In this document: positions 9,121 through 16,397 of the stretch, one piece after another | Layout: the number at the start of each line of letters is the position of its first letter | Position numbering within the stretch: the stretch's first letter is position 1 | Source: Campylobacterales bacterium | Lineage (GTDB): Bacteria > Campylobacterota > Campylobacteria > Campylobacterales > Sulfurimonadaceae | DNA: 16,397 bases | Reading direction: 5' to 3' | Assembly (NCBI GenBank): GCA_038205935.1 | Contig: JBBRBK010000041.1 | Span: 1-16,397 of the forward strand | Made by a program: the position numbers and the translations under genes | Notes under the pieces: generated by a model | Database searches by the model: none | Told to the model about the DNA's origin: nothing | What the model saw: only the letters and a program-made list of their open reading frames with translations

Positions 9121-9229
9121 ACAGTTACTACAATCGCCCGTCCTATGGAAGCTGATAAAGTGCTTGATTGGATTCATTCATGGGAACCTTTTTCCAGAAT
9201 GAAAGGCAAAATCCAATCTGGAAAAATGA
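9121..9229 (+). pseudogene. Degenerate 3'-terminal remnant of an EAL-domain (c-di-GMP phosphodiesterase) gene
   Basis: 9130-9192 translates as TIARPMEADKVLDWIHSWEPF, resembling the QGY-x-IARPMP...W...W-x-P tail of GGDEF-EAL proteins. There is no upstream gene body. A 1-nt shift in the T-run at 9189-9193 gives PE* next. Confidence 0.6.
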
Positions 9230-9240
9230 TGCATATAGCT

Positions 9241-10233
9241 CTAAAAGCGGTAGTCTGTAAGAATACGCATATAGTTTGCTCTTTCGTATGCCGCAGGATT
9301 TGAGGTATGTGCCAAAGAGATGCTTCCCTTCATCTGCTCTATTGAGATGTACTCTTTTTCTTCCATCCAAGCCGTGAGATTTTCAAGAACTGTGGCAATG
9401 TGAGAGTGTCCATTCTCCAAAATCGCGCTTACCATTTGCACCGCGTCTGCTCCGCTCATCATTGCCTTTAAGATATCTTCATGCGTATGAACACCTGTGG
9501 AAGCGCATAGTGACAGCGGGAGTCTGTTATATAAAAGTGCACTCCAACGAAGTGTTTCGCTGAGGTCTTTTGAACTGCTTTTATTGATAACCTGAACGGA
9601 ATTCAGATTTTCAAGATCAATGTCTACATGTACGGGTCGATCAAAGAATACAAGTCCATTTGCTCCAGCGTCACAAAGTTTTTTAGCCATCTGAGCAGGT
9701 GCGGAAAAATAGGCATTCATTTTTACACTTACGGGAATACTTACATTTTCTTCGACTGCTTGGAGCGCATCGAGATAAAGCTGTTCGACATCTCTTGCAT
9801 CAGTATCGATATCTGTTGGAATATAAGTGATGTTGAGTTCGAGCGCGTCAGCTCCTGCTTCTTGGAGTTTTTTGGCATATTTAATCCATCCGCCTTTTGA
9901 TACGCCGTTGAGTGAAGCGATAACGGGAATAGAAAGATTTTTTTTGACCCGTCTAATCTCATCGAGATAAGCATCAGACTCTAAGTTGCTCAAAACCACT
10001 TCTGGAAAATAGCCAAGAGATTCCGCATAAGATTCACTTCCTTTAAATAAAAAATGGTCGATTTCGCCTATTTCGTGGTTGATTTGTTCTTCAAAGATAG
10101 AGTGCAACACCACTGCCGCCGCGCCCTGTTTTTCAAGCTCGACAATAGACTCGTAAGTAGAAGTAAGCGGTGAAGCACCTACGATGATGGGATTTTTGAG
10201 CTTTAAGCCCATATATGTAGTGGTTAAGTCCAT
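9241..10233 (-). CDS. Dihydroorotate dehydrogenase-like FMN protein (DHOD-like family, catalytic Cys absent)
   Basis: 330 aa; MDLTTTYMGLKLKNPIIVGASPL, SIFEEQI, PVIASLNG, GADALELN, PVSVK, STGVHT...GADAVQMVSA, AAYERANY. The ATG overlaps the nifJ stop (TAATG) and an RBS AAGGAG lies inside the nifJ 3' end. Confidence 0.92.
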   Translation of the reverse strand: MDLTTTYMGLKLKNPIIVGASPLTSTYESIVELEKQGAAAVVLHSIFEEQINHEIGEIDHFLFKGSESYAESLGYFPEVVLSNLESDAYLDEIRRVKKNLSIPVIASLNGVSKGGWIKYAKKLQEAGADALELNITYIPTDIDTDARDVEQLYLDALQAVEENVSIPVSVKMNAYFSAPAQMAKKLCDAGANGLVFFDRPVHVDIDLENLNSVQVINKSSSKDLSETLRWSALLYNRLPLSLCASTGVHTHEDILKAMMSGADAVQMVSAILENGHSHIATVLENLTAWMEEKEYISIEQMKGSISLAHTSNPAAYERANYMRILTDYRF

Positions 10234-13200
10234 TAGATCTCTCCTTCTTGAGTATTAAATGAATCTTCAAGATTTTTGTAGCGTTTGTACATCTCTTGTG
10301 CATTGACACGCGCCGTTTGCAGATACTCTTGTGCATTGTTCAAGTCAAGTTTTTCCACCATTTTAAAGCGGGTTTCCTGATACATAAAGTTTTTCACGTC
10401 GATCTGCGGCCCTTTGTAGTCAAGGTGCATAGGATTTGGAAGCTCTGGGTTGTATCGAAAGATCGGCCAAAGTCCGCTATCGACGGCGAGTTTTTGATGA
10501 TCCATTCCATACTTGAGGTCATATCCATGCGCCACACAATGAGAATAGGCGATGATGAGAGAAGGTCCATCATACGCCTCAGCTTCTACAAATGCTTTTA
10601 CAGTCTGAGCATCATTTGCGCCCATCGCTACTTTTGCAACATACACATTTCCATAAGCAATCGCCATCATGGCAAGGTCTTTAGGGATCTGCGGTTTTCC
10701 ACCCGCGGCAAATTTGGCAACAGCTCCCGTCATGGTCGCTTTAGATTGTTGTCCGCCTGTATTTGAGTAGACTTGCGTATCAAGCACTAAAATGTTGACA
10801 TTTTTTCCGCTTGCAAGCACATGGTCAAGTCCGCCATAGCCTATATCATACGCCCAGCCATCACCGCCCATCATCCAGACAGATTTTTTGACCAGATAAT
10901 CTGCGAGTGTTTGTAAGCGTGCAGATTCTGGAGTATCGATAGTTTGAAGCATTTTTTTCAACTCTTCAACTCTTGCTCTTTGTTCAAAGATTTCAGGTTC
11001 ATCTTTTTGCTTACATGTAAGCAAGGCATCGCATAAATCAGCTCCGATATTTTCTCTCATCTCTTCAATTAGTTCACGGGCATTTTCGCTGTGTTTATCG
11101 ATGGCTAGACGAAATCCTAAACCAAACTCCGCATTATCTTCAAAAAGAGAGTTTGACCAAGCCGGACCTCTGCCATTTTCATCTTTTCTCCAAGGCGTTG
11201 TCGGCAGATTTCCGCCGTAAATGGAAGAACATCCCGTCGCATTTGCGATTACCATACGATCACCAAAAAGCTGAGAAGCGAGTTTGATATAAGGTGTTTC
11301 TCCACATCCTGGACACGCACCTGAGAACTCAAACATCGGTTCTAAAAACTGGGATTCTTTGAGTTTGCTATGGTCGAGTTTATTTCTGTCATACGCAGGA
11401 ATATGCGTAAAGAAATCCCAAGCTTCTGCGCCATTTTCTCGTAAATCTTCATCGAGTGGGCACATATTGATCGCTTTGAGATTTGTTTGAGATTTATTTT
11501 TCGCCGGACACACCTCAACACACAAACTACATCCCGTACAATCCTCAACAGCCACACTGATCATAAACTGTTCTTGTTGTTCAAAGGTCTTTCCTTTTGC
11601 CGAGACATAAGAAAAGAGACTTGGCGCATCTTGCAAAATATCTTCATCCGCCACTTTTGAGCGGATCGCCGCATGTGGACAAACGATGACACATTTATTG
11701 CACTGGATACAGACATTTGCATCCCAAACGGGCACTTCCAACGCAGTACTTCGTTTTTGATACTGCGTCGTTCCACTTGGCCAAGTTCCATCTTCAGGCA
11801 TAGCAGAAACTTTTATCTCATCTCCAAATCCTGCGATAATCTTCGCTGTGATATTTTCAACAAAGGCATCATAATCGCCTTTGATAAGCGGGCGCATCTC
11901 GATATTGCCGCTTACATGTAAAGGAATCTCCACCTCAAAGAGATTAACAAGGGTATTATCCACAGCGGCATTGTTCATATCTACTATTTTTTGACCCTTT
12001 TTACCGTAGCTTTTTTGGATGCTTCCTTTGATCTTTTCTATGGCTTCCTCTCGTGGGAGTATCCCAGAAATGGCAAAGAAACAGGTCTGCATGACAGTGT
12101 TTATACGGCGTCCCATTCCGCTTGCACTTGCCACTTTCGCCGCATCGATCACATAAAATCTGAGTTTTTTATCGATGATCTCTTGTTGTACTTTTTTTGG
12201 AAGTTTGGCAAAAACAATCTCTTTTGAAAATGGAGAGTTGAGTAAGAAAATCGCACCGTTTTGAGCATAGCGCAAGATGTCAAATTTTTCTAAGAACACA
12301 CTTTGATGACAAGCGACAAAATTGCCTTGTTCTATCAAGTAGCTCGATTTGATCTCATGAGGGCCAAAACGCAGGTGTGACGTCGTCATAGAACCTGATT
12401 TATTAGAGTCATAGACAAAGTAGCCTTGAGCAAAGTTAGGAGTTTCCTCGCCGATGATCTTGATGGAGTTTTTATTTGCTCCCACCGTTCCATCGCTTCC
12501 AAGACCAAAAAAGACACCTTGAAATGTTTTTTCTTCACTAATAGAAAAGCTTTTATCCCACTCAAGCGAAGTATGACTTTTATCATCATAGATTCCGATG
12601 GTAAAGTGGTTTTTTGGCTCTGGTTTTAAAAGTTCATCAAAAATAGCTTTAACCATAGAGGGAGTAAATTCTTTAGATGAAAGTCCATAACGACCACCGA
12701 TAACACGAGGCATAGCAAAGGGGAGTTCGCCGTTTTGGTGCATCTCACTGAGAGCTGTAACCACATCAAGATAAAGCGGTTCGCCCATAGCTCCGATCTC
12801 TTTTGTGCGGTCTAAAACGGCAATGCTTGTCACTGTCTTTGGAAGAGCGGCGATAAAATGTTTCATTGAAAATGGTCGATAAAGTCTCACCTTTATCATT
12901 CCAACTTTTTCGCCCTTTGAGACAAAATGGCCTACACTTTCATCGACTGTCTGCGCGCCTGAACCCATAATGATGATAAGATGCGTCGCATCAGGTGCTC
13001 CAACATAGTCAAAGAGATGATAAGCTCTACCAGTGAGCGTGGCAAAGCGATCCATCTCGTTTTGTAAAATCTCGGGTAAAGCTGTGTAATAGTTGTTTAC
13101 ACTCTCTCGTCCTTGAAAGTAGACATCTGGATTTTGTGATGTTCCACGGATGAAAGGATTATCTGAAGAAAGCGCACGCGCACGATGCTTAAAAACTAGT

Positions 13201-13793
13201 TTTTCATCGATCATCGCTTTTAAAACTTCCTCATCGAGAAGCTCTATCTTACTTACTTCATGCGATGTACGAAAACCGTCAAAAAAATGTAAAAAAGGGA
13301 TGCGTGATTTTAAAGATGCCGCTTGAGAGATAAGAGCCGCGTCATGTGCTTCTTGTACGGAGTTTGAAGAATACAAGGCAAATCCAGTTTGGCGTACGCC
13401 CATAACATCGCTGTGATCTCCAAAGATGGAAAGTGCTTGAGCGGCAAGTGAGCGCGCGGCTACATGAAAGACTGTAGGCGTGAGTTCGCCTGCTATCTTA
13501 TACATGTTGGGAATCATCAAGAGTAAACCTTGCGAAGAGGTAAACGTCGTAGTGAGTGCGCCAGTTTGCAGTGCTCCGTGTACTGTTCCACTCGCTCCTC
13601 CTTCACTTTGCATCTCCATGATTTCAGGTACAGTTCCAAAGATATTTTTCTCACCCTTCATACTTAGCACATCACTAAGTTCCGCCATAGGAGAAGAGGG
13701 CGTGATGGGGTAGATGGCGATGACCTCGTTTATTTTGTGGGCAACTCGCGCAACAGCTTCATTTCCATCAATAGTTACTTTTTGTTTTTTCAT
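10233..13793 (-). CDS. nifJ: Pyruvate:ferredoxin (flavodoxin) oxidoreductase, single-chain type
   Basis: Start reassigned to MKKQKVTIDGNEAVA at 13793 (GGAG RBS upstream; 1186 aa). Motifs: AIYPITPSS, EMQSEGGA, GLGSDGTVGANK, two ferredoxin motifs (CIQCNKCVIVCP, CTGCSLCVEVCP), ACPGCGE, ATGCSSIYG, TPP-binding GGDGWAYDIG, YSHCVAHG. Confidence 0.97.
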   Translation of the reverse strand: MKKQKVTIDGNEAVARVAHKINEVIAIYPITPSSPMAELSDVLSMKGEKNIFGTVPEIMEMQSEGGASGTVHGALQTGALTTTFTSSQGLLLMIPNMYKIAGELTPTVFHVAARSLAAQALSIFGDHSDVMGVRQTGFALYSSNSVQEAHDAALISQAASLKSRIPFLHFFDGFRTSHEVSKIELLDEEVLKAMIDEKLVFKHRARALSSDNPFIRGTSQNPDVYFQGRESVNNYYTALPEILQNEMDRFATLTGRAYHLFDYVGAPDATHLIIIMGSGAQTVDESVGHFVSKGEKVGMIKVRLYRPFSMKHFIAALPKTVTSIAVLDRTKEIGAMGEPLYLDVVTALSEMHQNGELPFAMPRVIGGRYGLSSKEFTPSMVKAIFDELLKPEPKNHFTIGIYDDKSHTSLEWDKSFSISEEKTFQGVFFGLGSDGTVGANKNSIKIIGEETPNFAQGYFVYDSNKSGSMTTSHLRFGPHEIKSSYLIEQGNFVACHQSVFLEKFDILRYAQNGAIFLLNSPFSKEIVFAKLPKKVQQEIIDKKLRFYVIDAAKVASASGMGRRINTVMQTCFFAISGILPREEAIEKIKGSIQKSYGKKGQKIVDMNNAAVDNTLVNLFEVEIPLHVSGNIEMRPLIKGDYDAFVENITAKIIAGFGDEIKVSAMPEDGTWPSGTTQYQKRSTALEVPVWDANVCIQCNKCVIVCPHAAIRSKVADEDILQDAPSLFSYVSAKGKTFEQQEQFMISVAVEDCTGCSLCVEVCPAKNKSQTNLKAINMCPLDEDLRENGAEAWDFFTHIPAYDRNKLDHSKLKESQFLEPMFEFSGACPGCGETPYIKLASQLFGDRMVIANATGCSSIYGGNLPTTPWRKDENGRGPAWSNSLFEDNAEFGLGFRLAIDKHSENARELIEEMRENIGADLCDALLTCKQKDEPEIFEQRARVEELKKMLQTIDTPESARLQTLADYLVKKSVWMMGGDGWAYDIGYGGLDHVLASGKNVNILVLDTQVYSNTGGQQSKATMTGAVAKFAAGGKPQIPKDLAMMAIAYGNVYVAKVAMGANDAQTVKAFVEAEAYDGPSLIIAYSHCVAHGYDLKYGMDHQKLAVDSGLWPIFRYNPELPNPMHLDYKGPQIDVKNFMYQETRFKMVEKLDLNNAQEYLQTARVNAQEMYKRYKNLEDSFNTQEGEI
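11007..11024. repeat. Perfect 18-bp palindrome TTGCTTACATGTAAGCAA inside nifJ (longest copy of the iterated TACATGTA motif)
   Basis: Read directly; encodes LLTCKQ on the - strand. Confidence 0.8.
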
Positions 13794-13871
13794 AGTCAAC
13801 TCCGTACATGTAAGTATCTTTGAACATTTTACTCCAAAAAAATTACAATATAGTTTTTGAAAGTAAAAAAT

Positions 13872-13879
13872 ATTATAAT
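13872..13879. promoter_or_regulatory. Overlapping divergent -10 boxes (ATTATAAT) between nifJ and the PAS-GGDEF-EAL gene
   Basis: TATAAT on + at 13874-13879 and on - at 13872-13877, within the 121-bp divergent intergenic region. Confidence 0.5.
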
Positions 13880-13914
13880 GCGCGAATAAAGATAGAAGAT
13901 GTATTGGAGTGTAT

Positions 13915-16397
13915 TTGAAAGTAGAGATAGATAACAGTTTAGAGATGTTTGAGACTACGTTTGAAAAAGCGGGAATTGGCATTGCACATGTAAGCGTAGA
14001 TGGACGTTGGATACATGTCAATAAGCAGTTGTGTGATTTTCTAGGATACTCAAAAGAAGGACTCTTAAGTAAGACATTTCAAGAGATCACATTTGCAGAT
14101 GATTTGCAAAATGATCTCGCTCATGCAGCGGAGTTGTATGCCGGAAAAAGTGACAGTTTTAGTATAGAAAAACGTTATATTCATAACAATGGCAAGCCTC
14201 TTTGGACAAATCTGACGGCTACAGCCATAAGAGATGAAAATGGCAATATCAGATATTTTATAGCCGTAATCAAAGATATTGCAGATCAGATAGCTTTAAG
14301 AGAAAATAAGAAAAATCTTAGAATGCTTTTGGAAATGAGTCCCATTGCAGTGAGAGTTGCAAGTGCGAAAGGAAGCAAGGTTATCTTTGCTAACAAAGCG
14401 TACGCAAGACTCATACAATCTGATATCTCAGTAGTACTTGGAAAAGATCCACAAAATTATTATGCCGATCAATCGCAATATGCTGAGATCCTAGAGCAGA
14501 TTAAAAAGAAAGAGAGGATCTACAATAAGCTCGTAAAGCTCAATATTCATGGCTCTACGCTATGGACTTTATCTTCTTATATGCCTATAGAATTTGAGGG
14601 TGAAGATTGTGTTTTAGGCTGGTTTTATGATATCACCAAACAAGAAAATATAAAACAATCCATCGAAGAGATAAGTGCAAATCTTCAACGTGAACAGATT
14701 TTTTTACAGACATTGATAGATAGCATCCCAATTGCATTATTTTACAAAGATGTAGAAGGAAAATATCTTGGATTTAATGAACCTTATTTAAAGCTTCTGT
14801 GCTTAAAAAAAGAGGATATTATCGGTAAAACATTTTTAGATTTTTTTCCTTTAGAAAAAGCATCACAATATCATAAAAAAGATCTGGAACTTTTTGCAAA
14901 TCCATATGAAACTCAAATATATGAGAATGATTTTTTTAACAAAAATGAAAATAGAAATCATAATTTAGTCATTTATAAAAAAGTCTATTTTGATGAAAAT
15001 GATAATATCAATGGAATTATTGGCGCTGCATTAGATGTAACAGTACAAAAAGAGGTCGAAGCAGCTCTAGTCCTTCAAAAAGATGAGTTAGAGACTATCT
15101 TTAATATTTCAAGAGACGGCATAGCAGTTCTCGATATGGAATCGAACTTTTTAGAGTTTAATGATTCTTATCTGAACATGACAGGATATACAAGAGAGGA
15201 ACTCTTAAGAACATCTTGCATTGCTCTTACAGCACCTGAAGATTTGGAGCGCGCTAAAGAAGCATTGACTAGTGTTTTAGAAAAAGGATATCTAGAATCT
15301 TTTGAAAAAACTTGTCTTGTTAAAGATAATAAGCGATTGATCATTAGTATGTCTGTTTCAATGATGCCCGATCAAAAAAGATTTCTTATAAGTGTAAAAG
15401 ATATCACAGATATGAAAAAGCATGAAAAACAGCTTGAATATATTGCTCATTATGATCCTTTGACAGGTCTTCCAAACCGTGTACTAAAATCAGATCGTCT
15501 TCGTCAGGCGATGTTACATGTAAATAGAAAAGGGGGATATTTGGCGGTTGTCTACCTTGATCTTGATGGATTTAAAGAGGTCAATGACACCTATGGTCAT
15601 GGCGTGGGAGATCAGCTACTAATAAGCGTATCATCACGAATGAAAAATGCGCTAAGAGAGGGTGATACACTTTCACGACTTGGAGGTGACGAATTTGTTG
15701 CTATCATCGCTGATATGTCTGATACGGCGATTGCGATTCCTGTTATGCAACGCCTTTTGGACGCCGCAAGTCAGCCTATTATCATAGAGGAGAAAAGTAT
15801 AAACGTTACGGCGAGTATAGGTGTTTCATTTTATCCTCAAGAAAATGAAAAGGTGGATGGCGATCAGCTTATACGTCAGGCAGATCAGGCAATGTATCTG
15901 GCAAAACAGTCTGGCAAAAACAAGTATCATATTTTTGATTCAGAACATGATAAAGATATACGAGTGCAACACGAGAACCTTGAACGCATTCACCAAGCAC
16001 TCAAAGAAAATGAGTTTGAACTTTATTATCAACCTAAAGTCAATATGAAAACAGGTGAGATTGTCGGTGCAGAAGCACTTATACGCTGGAATCATCCAGA
16101 GAAAGGTCTTGTTCCTCCGCTGGATTTCCTTCCACTTATAGAAGAACATAAACTCTCAGTTGACATAGGTGAATGGGTAATAACTACCGCTTTAAAGCAG
16201 ATTAATGAGTGGAAACAAATTGGTTTTGCCTTACATGTAAGCGTCAATATCGGCGCATTACAACTTTTGAAAGGTGATTTTTTAGAGAGGTTGAAACTGA
16301 TTTTATCAGCGTATCCTATGGATATCGCTTCTTTGCTTGAGATAGAGATTCTTGAAACAAGTGCGCTTGAAAACGTCGCTGGGGCGGCACATATTGT
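13915..16397 (+). CDS. 4xPAS-GGDEF-EAL diguanylate cyclase/phosphodiesterase (3'-truncated by the window end)
   Basis: Translated by hand through the four PAS/PAC repeats (ending KDI, YDIT, LDVT, KDIT) and the GGDEF motif with no stop; the EAL motif is in the same frame. Probable start TTG at 13915 (GGAG at 13906-13909) or ATG at 13945. AHYDPLTGLPNR, DLDGFKEVNDTYGH, REGD I-site, GGDEF at 15682-15696, LYYQPK...GAEALIRW (EAL at 16072-16080). Confidence 0.96.
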   Translation, partial: MKVEIDNSLEMFETTFEKAGIGIAHVSVDGRWIHVNKQLCDFLGYSKEGLLSKTFQEITFADDLQNDLAHAAELYAGKSDSFSIEKRYIHNNGKPLWTNLTATAIRDENGNIRYFIAVIKDIADQIALRENKKNLRMLLEMSPIAVRVASAKGSKVIFANKAYARLIQSDISVVLGKDPQNYYADQSQYAEILEQIKKKERIYNKLVKLNIHGSTLWTLSSYMPIEFEGEDCVLGWFYDITKQENIKQSIEEISANLQREQIFLQTLIDSIPIALFYKDVEGKYLGFNEPYLKLLCLKKEDIIGKTFLDFFPLEKASQYHKKDLELFANPYETQIYENDFFNKNENRNHNLVIYKKVYFDENDNINGIIGAALDVTVQKEVEAALVLQKDELETIFNISRDGIAVLDMESNFLEFNDSYLNMTGYTREELLRTSCIALTAPEDLERAKEALTSVLEKGYLESFEKTCLVKDNKRLIISMSVSMMPDQKRFLISVKDITDMKKHEKQLEYIAHYDPLTGLPNRVLKSDRLRQAMLHVNRKGGYLAVVYLDLDGFKEVNDTYGHGVGDQLLISVSSRMKNALREGDTLSRLGGDEFVAIIADMSDTAIAIPVMQRLLDAASQPIIIEEKSINVTASIGVSFYPQENEKVDGDQLIRQADQAMYLAKQSGKNKYHIFDSEHDKDIRVQHENLERIHQALKENEFELYYQPKVNMKTGEIVGAEALIRWNHPEKGLVPPLDFLPLIEEHKLSVDIGEWVITTALKQINEWKQIGFALHVSVNIGALQLLKGDFLERLKLILSAYPMDIASLLEIEILETSALENVAGAAHI

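Noticed and set aside
9201..9255. Possible c-di-GMP-I (GEMM) riboswitch suggested by GGCAAA...GAAA
   Set aside because: No GACGCAAA segment and no stem closing the GAAA, and on the + strand it would point into the end of a convergent gene.
9241..10233. Assigning the symbol pyrD or preA
   Set aside because: The catalytic SCP loop is absent, there is no Fe-S domain, and there are no pyrimidine genes nearby.
11007..11024. TTACATGTAA palindromes as parS sites or CRISPR/REP repeats
   Set aside because: They do not match the parS consensus TGTTTCACGTGAAACA, are irregularly spaced, are mostly intragenic and have no spacer structure.
13794..14021. 76-aa N-terminal extension of the PFOR ORF in the track
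   Set aside because: PFOR homology begins at MKKQKVTIDGNEA with its own RBS, and the extension overlaps the divergent promoter and the + strand PAS gene.
770..16149. The many 60-160 aa ORFs nested in or antisense to the main genes (e.g. 6680-7153, 9143-9370, 10296-10766, 15821-16048)
   Set aside because: They are shadow frames of well-supported genes, without recognisable motifs.

Overview
AT-rich bacterial window; Campylobacterota (Sulfurimonas/Sulfurospirillum-like) is my inference from protein style and TATAAT-type promoters. Left, + strand: the tail of a tightly packed operon with a 5'-truncated thioredoxin-fold gene, a small CxxC redox-active disulfide protein, and a TolC/periplasmic adaptor/AcrB-family RND efflux pump. 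Middle, - strand: single-chain pyruvate:ferredoxin/flavodoxin oxidoreductase (nifJ, true start 13793) overlapping a dihydroorotate-dehydrogenase-like flavoprotein gene that lacks the catalytic Cys, then a monoheme c protein and a 'PEE'-type P-type ATPase. Right, + strand, missing from the ORF track because it runs off the window: a 4xPAS-GGDEF-EAL c-di-GMP enzyme. Two signals are not explained by the gene list: the palindrome TACATGTA occurs 9 times (TTACATGTAA 6 times) across different reading frames and intergenic DNA, and a decayed 3' end of an EAL-domain gene appears to lie at about 9121-9229. No rRNA, tRNA, CRISPR array or transposase was seen.
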